Counted from the whole stretch's first letter, positions 12,786 to 24,665 are shown. The stretch: DNA of 63,051 nt, filler included, from Olpidium bornovanus S191 (GCA_017911155.1; 31 parts of 31 records of this genome joined end to end with filler, not necessarily neighbours in it); one strand, 5' to 3'. Notes: generated by a model not told the origin, from the letters alone. Made by a program: numbers and translations.

Positions 12786-12965
12786 TTGCCTTTGTCCTGG
12801 TTCGTAGACGTTTTCGAAAGAATTCGTCAAGATGGGCATCCCGTCGAGGTCAAAGAGCTTGAGCAGGCAGGACCGACGAGATTTCTCCATTTCTCTTTCT
12901 TCACTTTTTCCTTTTTTTCTTTTATTCTTCCGTGAAGTTGAACAAATTCATAGTCACTTTCGCTC

Positions 12966-13172
12966 GAGGAGGGGTGTTGAGAATTACGAAAAGGCAAAGC
13001 TGGCGGTTTGGGCTCATACCTGTTGACTTTTGGAGGCCGGAAGGAAGACGGTGGCACAGCGGGCCCGCGGGAAGAAAGACGAAAAGAAGAAGAAAATAAA
13101 CCTGTATTCGGGGTGTATCGATGCTAAGCTCTAGGCCTGTTTTGCGTGACGCGGGGAGCTGGCAATTCTACA
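12966..13172 (+). mobile_element. Putative polypurine tract and 3' LTR of the copia remnant
   Basis: GAGGAGGGG (12966-12974) is directly followed by TGTTGAGAATT. There is an internal AATAAA and a candidate end AATTCTACA (13172) that is an imperfect inverse of the start. The end position is inferred. Confidence 0.5.
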
Positions 13173-13534
13173 ATGCTTGTAGAATTCCGGGGCTGGTGCG
13201 CACCGGTGCGCTTACGCCTCGGTTTCTTTCTCCTTATTCCCCGCATCTGCGAGAGGGGACGCGCGCTACTCCGGCCGGCAGCGTCGGCGACGTGAAAGCA
13301 ACCCTCTGCAGGCAAAGGCCTCTTCCCACGCGAAAACGACGCGAGCACTCCACGCCACGCCTCGCCCGCCGTTCTTGGCGGCTGCACGTGGCCGTCTCTA
13401 GTCGCCCAAGTAAGAGTCCCCTGGAAGCAGGGCAACGGATCGAGTTGCCGTCTCGCGGCAAAACCACGCAGCCTCCCGGCGGCGTGCGCCACTGACCACG
13501 GCCCTTAGGTCCCCACGCGCTTGCCCGTTCCCCA

Positions 13535-14594
13535 ATGGCCACGCAGAACACAAACAAGCCCACGATGCTCTCGTCGTACGTCGGCTTTGACACGATCCCG
13601 AAGCAGATCGAGCACAAGTTGAGGAAAAGGGGTTTCTTGTTCAACGTCATGCTAGTCGGTGAGCTTGCCGTTCGCGACATTTTCGCCAAATCCCGCCGCA
13701 AGACGACGTTTACTTTTGGACCGTGTTCTTCCCGAGACCACTGGTAAATGACGCGCCCGGAGCTACCCGGTGTCTTGGTGTATCCGTAATACAGGACAGA
13801 CCGGGTTAGGCAAATCAACGTTGATCAATACACTCTTCGCGACGCACTTGATCGAGAGCAAAATGCCGAAGAAGTCGTCTATCGGCTTCCGCCGGACCAC
13901 AGAAATCTTGACCTCGACGCACCGTGAGAGATTGCTTTCTGGGTGCGCCACCAGCCCACGCGAGCGCAGTTGAAAACAGTTGTTTGCTGACGTTGCTCGT
14001 CACTTGTGGGCGTTTATTCCATCGTATCCCGCTGGTGCGGTCAGTACTTGAGGAAAACGGCGTGCAACTGACGCTAAACGTGATAGACACACCTGGTTTT
14101 GGAGATCAGGTCAATAATGACAAGTGGTCAGTGTCAAGGAGTGCCCGAAGAATCTGGTTGTCCCCTCCGAGAGGACGCACGAGGTTGATCTTGCGTCTTT
14201 TACTTTGCATTGCACGTCTCGTAGTTGGAAGCCCATTGTGGACTACATTCGCTCGCAGCATGACGAGTACTTGCGCAAAGAGCTCAAGCCGGAGCGCGAC
14301 CAAAGCTTCAAAGACCCGCGTGTGCACTGCTGCCTCTACTTCATTGCGCCCACAGGGCATGCGTAAGTTAGAGGATATGCCCTTTTCCTCTTCAGTACAA
14401 GTTTTCTTCATGTTCGTGAAATCGGCTGACCTTGCGGCACGTGCCTATTTGTAACTTCGTTTGTCGTACGGCAAAGGTTGAAACCGCTTGATATTCTGGT
14501 CCTCCAGAAGCTCATGCAGATAGTGAATGTCGTTCCGGTTCTTGCCAAGTCCGACGCGCTCACTTTGGAGGAAAGAACTGCGTTTAAAAGACGG
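13535..14594 (+). CDS. CDC10: Septin, Cdc10/AspD type, 5' part, multi-exon
   Basis: [28 protein letters not shown]|[14 protein letters not shown] (P-loop), [31 protein letters not shown] and [18 protein letters not shown] are canonical septin motifs. Confidence 0.92.
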
Positions 14595-15407
14595 GTGCGT
14601 GTTTCGTACTTCCCAAAATGCCACGGAGGTTTCNNNNNNNNNNNNNNNNNNNNNNNNNNNNNNNNNNNNNNNNNNNNTTAATTAATTAANNNNNNNNNNN
14701 NNNNNNNNNNNNNNNNNNNNNNNNNNNNNNNNNCATGTAATGTCCACAGCAAGTGCATTGGCACATATGTGGCCAAGGAGACACGTGCACGCGCGCACAC
14801 ATTTCTCTCCAGCGGTGTCCCCACACATTTCTCTCCGCGCGGTGTTGGCAGATCCAGAAACTTACATTTTTCGAACGTTTAAACGCGCACGATGTACAGA
14901 CATAGTTAGAAAACGAGGCATTTTTTTTTCGCCTCCCTCCCCTCTCACCCCCTCCACGGCGCTTAAAATGTCGAAACCACCGCCAACCCCGGCACCAGCG
15001 CGAACGACATGGTTGGAAGAAGGGGGCGGTGGGGGGGTTCCCACGCCCTCCCCCCCCCCCTTTTTTTTCTCACAAGGCCAGATTGGGCAATCCCGTAATA
15101 AGTACACTTACCACCGGACCAGCGCGGAGTACACTGACGACCAGCGCGGAATATAGTGACGGGGCAGCCGCAAGAGAAGAAGCCCGGAGGGACACGTCCC
15201 AGGTCGGTCCGGTAGTTGCGATACGGGGAGGGCTGGCGTCGGCGGATATGAGGGATTTTTTTTGTTTTTTTTTTTTTTTTTTTTTTTTTTCAGGGGAAGG
15301 GGGGTCGCAAGGCGTTTCAAGCCCGCCGCCCCCGGGAAGAGGAAGGGAAGGGGGAGGGCGGCAGAGAGGGAGGGAAAGCACGTCGAGCGCCCCGCCAAGC
15401 GCAGCCG

Positions 15408-15408
<1 letters not shown>

Positions 15409-15488
<80 letters not shown>

Positions 15489-15489
15489 G
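15409..15489 (+). repeat. CAG/CAA trinucleotide repeat, 27 units, [(CAG)6CAA]3(CAG)6
   Basis: Read directly. It would encode polyQ in one frame, but exon status is unclear. Confidence 0.95.
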
Positions 15490-15676
15490 ACGCAGGCAGG
15501 CAGGCAGCCGAAGAGAGCCGGCCGCGCACAGGCCTCTGCCGCGGGGAGGGCAGGAAGGGGGGAGGAGTCGGGGGGGGAGGGAAAGGGGGCGCCCTTTTTT
15601 TTTTTTGTCTTTCTCTTCCTTCTTCGGGGGGAGAAGGGGAAGAGCGCGCGGGGGAAGGGCGAGGCGCGCTAAAAAG

Positions 15677-15716
<40 letters not shown>

Positions 15717-16258
15717 GATTTCTCTCCCCCCCCCCACACGGCAAAAAAAGNNNNNNNNNNNNNNNNNNNNNNNNNNNNNNNNNNNNNNNNNNNNTTAATT
15801 AATTAANNNNNNNNNNNNNNNNNNNNNNNNNNNNNNNNNNNNNNNNNNNNGGGGGGGGGGGGGGGGGTAAAGACGAGCACAAGGTCTTTTGCAAAGGCGG
15901 AAAAAGCTAAGATGAGAAAAAAAAATCTGAGGTAAAGCTCAAAAAAGAAGGGGGGGGGGAGCAAAGGAGAAAGATGAGGGAAAGAGCAAAAAGGAAAAAA
16001 ACGCGTTTTGCGAGAACAGACGGACGCGGGAAACGCAAAAGGAGGAAAAAAGGGAAAGGAACAGAAAAAGTGCGGGGGAAGGAGGGCCAGACCCTTGCCG
16101 GGTTATCCAGGAGTGTCGGTTTTTTTGCTGCTCCGCAAAAAACTTTTCTCCCCTCGAAAAAAAAAAACAAAAAAAAGGAAAGCGACCTCCGCGCGGCGCG
16201 GGCAGAGACGACGGCGGCCGCCGTTTCCCCTTTTCCTTTTTTTTTTCAATAGTTCGGT

Positions 16259-16580
16259 TCACTTGCGCTCCTCAGCGGCGGCCATGGCTTTGTGGCGCTC
16301 TTCCGCCCTCCTGTCGCCGATGCTGGCTTCCTGCGGCGCCGGAATGCCGCGGCGACAAAAAAAAAAAGAGGCGGGAGAGAGGGGAAGAGGGGGTTGGGGA
16401 GGAGAATAAGAGAAAGGAATTGTTTTTTAAAAAAATACCCCCCCTCCCTCCTGCTCACTCCCCTCCCCTCACCCGCTCACATATTCCGGGTCGATGACGT
16501 TGGGCGCGCCGCGGGCAATCTGGCTCTCCATGCACTTCTGAGCCGCCTGGCGGCGGCCCTCGTGCGTGTTGCTCGGGTTG
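16259..16580 (-). CDS. 3' exons of an unidentified gene
   Basis: ...PSNTHEGRRQAAQKCMESQIARGAPNVIDPEY|GTGAGC..CAG|EASIGDRRAEERHKAMAAAEERK* splices in frame. No family recognised. Confidence 0.35.
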
Positions 16581-17399
16581 CTGGGAAAGACCGCGGGAGG
16601 CGATGGCGAAAAAGAGAAAAATGAAAAAAGAAAGAGAGAGAAAAAAGAAAGAGGCGTGGCCCGCGGGCGTCAGCCCTCTTCGCTCGCTCTTCTTCCGACC
16701 CCGCCACACCCGCCTCCCCTTCCCCCCGCGCCCCCCCCCTTCTTCCCCCGCCCCGCGCGCACGCCCAAAAAAAAAACCGAGACAGAGCTCGGGAAGTGGG
16801 AAGAGAAAGTGGGGGAGCGTCAGCAGCAGAAAACGCACTGGGCGGACGCCAGCAGCGAAGATTCGCTGCCGGTGTGGCTGTAGGGGGCACCGGGCATTGT
16901 TTTTTTTTTGGTTTTTGGTTGTTTTTTTTTTTGGGCGGCGGCGGGGCAAGTGTTTTTTTGCCGGGGGCGGCGCGGACTGAAGGGCGCGGCGGGGGGGGGG
17001 TTTCTTTCTTTTCTTTCCTATTTTTTTTCCTTTGCCCGGGGGATTATGAGGCGTGAAGACCGAAAATAGCGAGCGAGGGACGGAGGACAAAGCCTAGAAC
17101 GATCGGCGGTCGGGAGAGCGGGGGAAAAGAGAAAAAAAAAACAACATAAATCCGCGGGGGGCGCGGCGGAAAGGAGGGAACGGGGGGGAAACGGCGCGCT
17201 CCCCTGCGTCGCCGGTGACGTCACCTCCCGCGCCACGGGGTGGGGGGAGAGGGCCAGGCAAAAAAAGAAGGAAAATTTCGGGATTTTTTAAAAACCCGGG
17301 GGCCCCCCCCCCCCCCCCCCCGCCCCCCCGCACAAGCTGCTCTAACTTCCACCGCTCCTTCCGACAGGCATCCATTCTCTCCCCGTGCGCGCCTCCGTG

Positions 17400-17594
17400 C
17401 CTCCGTCCCTCTTCCTCTCTCTGTCTCTCGCTCTCTATCTCACACACACTCTCTTTCTTTCTCTCTTTTCCTTCCTTTCTTTGCTCTCTTGCTCTTCTCT
17501 CCGCCCATACTTTTCTGCTCTCTCTTGTCTCTCGCTCTCTGTTTCTTTCTCTGGCCTGTGCTCCATTACCTCTCTGCTTTGCTCCCCTCCCCTC

Positions 17595-17631
<37 letters not shown>

Positions 17632-17700
17632 CCTTCTCTCTTCTCTCTCTCTCTCTCTCGCCTTTACTCTCTCGTCCGCCCCCTCTCGCGCCCGCCCTTC
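17400..17700. repeat. (CT)n/pyrimidine-rich low-complexity tract
   Basis: Long CTCTCT runs and C/T-only stretches upstream of the ATG at 18064. Confidence 0.9.
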
Positions 17701-18063
17701 CCCCCACCCTCCCCCCCACCCCTCACCCAACATCCCCCTTCTTCCCCGGGCCCTTTCCCTCTCCCTCTTTCCTTCCCCTCTTTTTCTTGTTCTCTTTCTC
17801 GCCCCGGCGCGCATAAACGAATCCTCCCCCATCCCCTTGCCCACAGACGGAAGGAAGGAAAAAAAAAAAAAAAAAAACAAACAGCAAGAGAGAAGAGAGA
17901 GAGGAGCCGCCGCCTTCCGCTCTCGCCAGGAGAGTGATAGAGAGAGAGAGAAGAAAAAAAAAGGACAACAAGAAACAAAAGAAAAAAAAAAAAGGAAAAA
18001 TCCAACCCCCCCTTTCCCCCCTCTTCCCGCCTCCTCCTTCCGGCCCTTGCCCGCGCGGAAACC

Positions 18064-18200
18064 ATGGCCGCCGCAGCCGCGCGCCATTCCGTCGGCGCGG
18101 TCCACGCCCTGCTCGTCTTGGCCCTGGCGTACGTCGCCGCGCGCGCCTGGATGACCACCTCCATCCGCAAGTGGCCCGAGCACATTTTCAGCGATCCGTG
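18064..18200 (+). CDS. First exon of a putative small membrane protein
   Basis: MAAAAARHSVGAVHALLVLALAYVAARAWMTTSIRKWPEHIFSDPW followed by a GTACGA donor. It has a hydrophobic helix and GC3-rich codons. Family not established. Confidence 0.4.
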
Positions 18201-18715
18201 GTACGAAAGAACCGAGAAAAAGAGAGAGAGAGAGACCGCTCGCGCCCGCTTCTCCCCTCGGTCCGGGTCTCCGGCCCACTCTCGCCCGCCCGCGCGCGCC
18301 CACCCCCCCCCCCCCCCCCCCCCCGACCGCCCCCCCCCCCCCCCCCCCTCCCCGACGCACNNNNNNNNNNNNNNNNNNNNNNNNNNNNNNNNNNNNNNNN
18401 NNNNTTAATTAATTAANNNNNNNNNNNNNNNNNNNNNNNNNNNNNNNNNNNNNNNNNNNNCATGGTTCTAGCCTCTTTTGTTTGCTTTTTTCTGCCGTAG
18501 GAGGGTGCCCGGCTCCACCCCCACAAAGGAAGCACTTTGATGGTCACGTGACCCCGCAGAGAGCATTGAATTGGTTCACAACAGCTGAGCTACAGTACTT
18601 CCTCCGCCTCAGCCCCCTTGCCGCCTCACCGACACCCCGCGCCCCACCGCGCCCCACGAGGCGACCGCCCTCGTTGCACAAAAAGGAACTGTCGCCGCGC
18701 TCATAAGGACGGAAA

Positions 18716-20233
18716 ATGGAGACTTCCATGCAAGCCGGCACTGCGGGAGGTACGGTGCAGGCGGTCGGCAGGGACGCGAGCGGACCACCTGGCGAGCTGT
18801 ACAAAGAGATTTACACATACCGCGCGCCGTGGCCGGTATTCGGCCTCGACTGGAGCAAAAGGCCAGGCAAAGAAGGCTTTCGTCTCGCCGTAACATCATT
18901 TCTGGAGGACTGTTCCAACAAAGTAGTCCAGTGTGCCAGTTATCGGACGACCAGCTTGCACGCAAGATTTTCGGCGCGGCGCGTGTTTCGCCGCTTCCGT
19001 CACTCACGAACGCGCCTCTGCTGCACGCGATCTCGCGATGCGGTCCTGCCTACAGCTCCAGATCATCGTCGTGTCCGAAGCTGCAGGGTCCCGTTTCGAC
19101 GGCGACTTCACGCGTCTCGCGGAGAGCGACCATCCCTACCCCTCGAGCAAAGTTCTATGGGCTCCTTACAAGGTGAACGGGCGAGAACTGGCCAGATGTG
19201 TTACACTTTGCAAAGTTGCAGCTGGGAAGCTCTGACGGAAATGAGTTGCCGTTTTATCTATGGTAGGGAGGAGGAGACACCCCAGATTTGCTGGCGACAA
19301 CCAGCGAGTATCTTCGGCTATGGGAGGTGCAACGGGACGTCCCAGATGCTAGCGTCCGGCACGTAAGAGAGAGGGCAATTCTACGCAATGTGGGTGAGAC
19401 GGACAAGTGCGCAGACCCCGCTTGTACGCCTGCACGCTGATGCCGGGTGTCGACTTCGGAAAACGCTGCGCCAGAACGCGAAAACCGATTTTTGCGCGCC
19501 GCTCACCTCGTTTGACTGGAATGATACCGACCCTACTCTGGTGGTAACATCGTCCATCGATACGACCTGCACAGTCTGGAACGTGGAAAGGGGCCAGGCA
19601 AATACGCAACTGATCGCTCACGACAAGGAGGTATACGACGTGGCGTGGGCCAGCGGGAGTGCAAACATTTTTGCCAGCGTTGGCGCGGACGGCAGTGTGC
19701 GCATGTTTGATCTCCGGTGAGCCAGCTTTCTGAGGTGTCCGGAGGGCACACGGGAACCCCAATCCTTGATGAACACTTTAACGAAACTATTTGCGTTCGA
19801 CGCGTTTTCTTGGTGCGGCAGATCTCTGGAGCACTCGACTATCATCTACGAAACACCAACGCCTACAACTGGCGCCGCTGCAGTAGGCCAACCAACTTCG
19901 ATCCCAATTCTCCGCCTTGCGTACAACCGTTGCGACCCCAATTATCTCGCCACCTTCCACATGCATTCGAAAGATGTCGCTATCCTTGACATCCGCATTC
20001 CCGGCCTTCCGGTCACTGAGCTGAAGGGCCACGAGGCAAATGTCAACGCTCTGGCCTGGGCTCCGCACAGCAGCATCCACCTGTGCACTGCGGGTAGGTG
20101 GCGTGCGATGTTTCATGCTTACTTCATTCGACTTGCTTGGCAGGTATTCACATTGTTTGGACCGTAGGAGATGACCAGCAGGTTCTGGTGTGGGAGGTAC
20201 AACATTTGGCAAAAGGCAAGCAAGCGCAGGAGC
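18716..20233 (+). CDS. DCAF7: WD40 protein DCAF7/HAN11/AN11 family, nearly complete, multi-exon
   Basis: [92 protein letters not shown]|[10 protein letters not shown] and [10 protein letters not shown] are hallmark DCAF7 motifs. Confidence 0.93.
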
Positions 20234-20726
20234 NNNNNNNNNNNNNNNNNNNNNNNNNNNNNNNNNNNNNNNNNNNNTTAATTAATTAANNNNNNNNNNN
20301 NNNNNNNNNNNNNNNNNNNNNNNNNNNNNNNNNGCGGAGGGGGAAGGAGATTATCCGTCCAAAAAAACAAAAAAAAAATACACGGGCAAGTGGCCTGAAA
20401 AGCAATTCGATGAGATAAATAATTAAAAGCGAAGTCTATGCGTGTAATGCATGTTTTGTTCTGCCGCGGGGCGGCCCGAGTGCGCTTCGGCGCCGAATTC
20501 CTCGCCGGCGGAAAATTAGCACTTTTGCGTGTGCCGGCAGGGGCCGGGCGGTGGGGGAAAGCCGCTCTCGCAGAGGTGGAAAGGGCGGGTGTCGTCCGCT
20601 CGAACTTCCTCGTGCGGCCGTTTTTCCCGCCGATGGGCACACTCCCCCAGAGAGCGCCCCAGGGAGATCTTTCGCAAGCCGGCGTGAAAGCTTATTTTCA
20701 AAATCTCCGCCGTTTGCTGGTGCTGC

Positions 20727-22587
20727 TCAGACGTAATGCGCCTCTTTCTTGCGCTCATCGTCCAAAGACTCAGGGTCGTCAAACATGTGGTCTGCCGGCG
20801 GCGCCTTGAGGCCCGTCGCGACTTCCATGTCCATCTCTCCTTCCCAGACTGCAACGGCCATCGCAGCGATGCAGTTTCCGCAAAGGTTGACGACCGTTCT
20901 GGAACAGAAAAAGAGTGTTTACGCTCACGTTGTCAGGATTAAACGGCACAAAGGACGCGCAACCTGGCAAGATGGTCCTCAGCCGTCTACTAACCGTGCC
21001 ATATCCATGAACGCGTCCACACCAAGAATGATGTTGACGGCAGCGACGTCCATACCGAATGGATCGACCATCGACAACAGCAGCATGTAAGATGCTCGCG
21101 GGACCGCCGCGACGCCCTTGCTTGTAAGCATGAGCATCAACATCATCTAGAACGCAGAAAATCCAGCGGACGTATTTGTAATCAGTTCCGAAGTGACGCG
21201 GTAAGCAAGCAAACACCCTCCACGTACCTTCAACTGTTCATTAAGAGGCATATCCATCCCAGACGCCTGGGCAGCAAAAACGCTCGCGACTCTGCGGGTT
21301 TTAATGGTTACGCGGAGTTAGCGTCGGTCGGGCCGACTAAAACAAAAAAGGAGGGCGGAAACGACACTGGCGTCTGAAGAAACGTCGAGACGGCTTACGC
21401 AAGGTGAAGCGTTGTCCCGTCAAGGTTGAAGCTGTGACGAGGAAGCGACGAGTCAGCGACGAGTACAAAAAATTCACAATCCGAAAGCCGCCAGAAAAAA
21501 AAGCGCTTTTATCGAACCTATATCCTGTCGGCAGCACGAAGCGCACAATGTGGCTGGGAATGCCGAAACGCTCGAGGTTCACCATCGCCTGCGGCAATGC
21601 TGCCTCGGAACTGGTGGTGCAAAACCCGATGAATGCGGGCCGGCGCAACGTTTTCAGGGCATTCGTGAACGGGATTCGGCACAGTAGGAGGACCGGCACG
21701 AAAACGATGATCACGAAGATGAACAACGAGAGGAAGAGAGTGGCGACGAGCTTCGCGAGGCTGGCAAGGATAGCGATGCCGACTTTGGAGATTGTAAACG
21801 CCAGAGAGGCGGCGACGGCCACGGGGGCAAACAGCATGACAAGGTTGGTGACCTTGAACATGATTTGGGAAAGGCTGTCGAGGAACTCGAGCATGGGCCT
21901 GCGGTGTTGGGCCGGCGTCATAACCGTGGCTATGCCGAAAAGGATGGCGCACATGACGACGTGAAGGACATTGTTTTGGGCCGCGGAGTGGAAGAAGCTG
22001 TCTGTGACGACGTGGCCGACGTTCTCTCCAAACTCGGAGTTCCAATTCAAACGTTTCCCCTTGGCGGCTTGGGCTTCCCTGGAGACTCCCTCGAGGGACA
22101 CGCCGACGCCGGGCTACTCGAATGACCCCCCCCCACCCAACCGCGACGCCCGGCCCCAAAAACCGAAGAGCAAAGTCAGCGACCGCCGGTTCCGGGCTCA
22201 GGGCAGGCGAGAATAACGCGAGTTGCTCAGCCGAAGCGCTCGCCAGTCCTTCACCTTCAAGATGTTGACCATGGTGAGCCCAACCGCGAGGGCGATGGTG
22301 GTTGCAACTTCGAAGTAGATGAAACTTTTGAGCGCCAGCCTACCCAGCCTCATAATGTCGTCTCCGTGGCCTGCTATACCAACCACGAGCGTGGAGAACA
22401 TCAGCGGGGTTATCAGGCACTTGACGGCGAAGATGAACGCCTTGGCGAGATCTCCGAACACGGCATTGAAGTCCGACGGGAGGAACAACCCAGACAGGAC
22501 GCCGGCCACGGCTCCCAGGAAGATGAACACGGAGAGGTTCAAGCCTCGCCGCAGGAAGCGGAGCACTCTGGCAACGATCGACGCCAT
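20727..22587 (-). CDS. Dicarboxylate/amino acid:cation symporter (DAACS/SDF), bacterial GltP/DctA-like, 6 exons
   Basis: Complete spliced ORF MASIVARVLRF...PLMFSTLVVGIAG...GRLALKSFIYFEVATTIALAVGL..VNILK|PGVG...FCTTSSEAALPQAM..LERFG...FVLPTGY|SFNLDGTTLHLA|VASVFAAQASG...|MLMLTSKGVAAVPRAS...ILGVDAFMDMAR|TVVNLCGNCIAAMAVAVWEGE...HYV*. All five introns are GT-AG. Confidence 0.92.
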
Positions 22588-23082
22588 CCAGAAAAAGACG
22601 GAGGCGAACCACGGCGGGAGGGGAGCGTGGAGACGGAGGGGTCGCGAGCAAAAAAAGCTTTTTGCGTATTTGACCGCGGCCGCAGGCAACGGAGAAACAG
22701 TGGAAAGGTGAGGCCGCGGCGGGCGGAGAGGCGCGCCTTCTTATGTGCCCGCCGGGCCCAGTGGGCCGGCGCGCATTCCGGCGGGCGGGAGGCTCGGAGA
22801 GGGCGCGGCGCCCCCCAAGGAATGGGGACAACGGGGGGGGCGCCGGTGTCCGCTGCGGACGAAGGGGGGCGGGAGGGGTAAGGGGGCCGTCATAAGAGAG
22901 AATTTTTAAGGGGGCGAAAAATTCTCCCCGCCAACCCGCGCCCCCCCCCCCCCCCCCCCCCCCCCCCCNNNNNNNNNNNNNNNNNNNNNNNNNNNNNNNN
23001 NNNNNNNNNNNNTTAATTAATTAANNNNNNNNNNNNNNNNNNNNNNNNNNNNNNNNNNNNNNNNNNNNCATGGCTTGTTCGG

Positions 23083-24495
23083 ATGCGCTCTCAAGGAGCG
23101 ACCAAAGACGTTAAGCGCCGGATCCAAGAGCTTTTAACGGAAAGTTTATCAGCATTGGAACCTCACCGTCGTGCGAACTTGGAAATCACGCTGCTGCCTA
23201 CGATGGGTGTAGATCAGGCCGACACGTGGGACTGCCGGAACAAGTCCAAGTCTGTGCAGGTTTCGACCGTGGCCTGCTGTTCAGTGCTCCTTGTGGAACT
23301 GCTTATTTGCGGGACCGGAGGGTTGAACGATATGGTTAAAGAGACCGTTGAATACATCATCCGTGAAGATCCTGCAGTGTTTCTGCGCGTCTACTTCAAT
23401 GATCTTGTCAACGTCACCGGCAAACAACAGCGTGAGCTCCTCGCTTACCTTCGATTGCTCATGCAGACAAGGACTCGGCTTCCCCCGGAGTTTTCTTATC
23501 TCCTATTCAATTATCTCACCGGCCTCCTTCGGTATTTACGAGACCTAAGAAAGGCAGCGGTGGACGGTCCGGAAATCATGTCCAACGTACTACCGGTGTT
23601 CGCCCAGCTCGCGTCCAGCACAAACGGCCTTTTGATCCGCGACCTCAAAAAGAGCAAGCTAGACAATTTTTTCCTTTCTTCTGGATCGTTCTGGTTTCCG
23701 GAGGCGGGGTCTACCGCGATGTTCCCTCACACTTACGTTGCCGTTGTTCCCCCGCCAGACGACGGCGTCAAGGGCGGCGAAGTCCAGACGCAAATTGCCC
23801 CGTCAAGGCAGATGAAAGTACTGGCTATTCCAACCCAAATTTTGCACATGTGCTTACTCCGCACATCCCAACTACTCTTCATGGTTTCGTACCTGAAGCG
23901 CTACCCACAGCAGGATCTGGACATTAAGAAGGCTATCAAAGGGTACATCATCGTACCGGAAGATTTCTCACCCGGGGTTGGCGACGACGCGGGGGCGCTT
24001 CCGGCGCAACTCGTGGCGTCCCACATCCCCGTGCCGGAAGATTTCTCACCCGGGGTCGGCGACGACGCGAGAGCGTTTCCGGCGCAACGCGTGGCGCCCC
24101 CGGGTCCGCTGCAAAGCACGTGCGACGTCTTCGGCGGGTTCGCGGGCATGTGGCGATCTCGGTGCATCTCCAGGAAGCAGCGCGATCTCCGCGTGCTGTC
24201 AGCGCTGCGAGACCGTGCGTGGATGATGTTGAGCCGAACGCTGTTCCCGGCTTCCGGACAAACGCCGAACGAGTCTTCCGAGATTGCGAAGTTTGTCGTT
24301 GCGATCAACGACATCGTTCTCCAAAGGTCATCCGACCACGGCATCATGAGCCAAGCCTTACAATTCTACATCAACATATCCCGGAGGTTTCGCACGTTCT
24401 TCGTGTGGCACAAGGGATACACGTTGTTCGTCCCGACGCTGTTCAGAGCGTACTGTCATGTCGCGCACTTGCCTGCGATTCGATCGGCAGTGGAG
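23083..24495 (+). CDS. UNC80: UNC80-like protein (NALCN channel complex subunit), internal fragment
   Basis: IIREDPAVFLRVYFNDL...QQRELLAYLRLLMQTRTRLPPEFSYLLFNYLTGLL...NGLLIRDLKK resembles UNC80 (LIEDPTLVLRHFLEKL...QDELMYMLRKLL..FPAQTSHILFNYLVGLI...GLFFKDLKQ). The end KGYTLFVPTLFRAY...PAIRSAVE resembles SGYQWILPTMLQVY...PQLRQAIE. Confidence 0.75.
23953..24108 (+). repeat. In-frame 78-bp tandem duplication inside UNC80-like ORF
   Basis: VPEDFSPGVGDDAGALPAQLVASHIP / VPEDFSPGVGDDARAFPAQRVAPPGP, with copies starting at 23953 and 24031. Confidence 0.9.
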
Positions 24496-24600
24496 NNNNN
24501 NNNNNNNNNNNNNNNNNNNNNNNNNNNNNNNNNNNNNNNTTAATTAATTAANNNNNNNNNNNNNNNNNNNNNNNNNNNNNNNNNNNNNNNNNNNNCATGC

Positions 24601-24665
24601 TGAGGGGACAAAAGAACAAATGTTGAGGGGACAAAAGAACAAATGTTGAGGAGGGGACAAAAGAG
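24601..24665. repeat. 23-bp tandem repeat (two full copies plus a partial)
   Basis: TGAGGGGACAAAAGAACAAATGT x2, then TGAGGAGGGGACAAAAG. Confidence 0.9.

Noticed and set aside
13164-13186. AATTCTAC...GTAGAATT hairpin resembling a Cas12a direct-repeat stem
   Set aside because: Single copy, no spacers, no cas genes and a eukaryotic context. It is better explained by LTR-like termini.
15029-18416. ORFs rich in poly-K, poly-F, poly-G, poly-P and LSLS/RERE
   Set aside because: Translations of homopolymers and (CT)n/(GA)n tracts, often running into N linkers.
20334-22968. Bacterial contaminant contig (because of the GltP-like gene)
   Set aside because: The gene has five spliceosomal introns, and its flanks show the same homopolymer-rich style as the other contigs.
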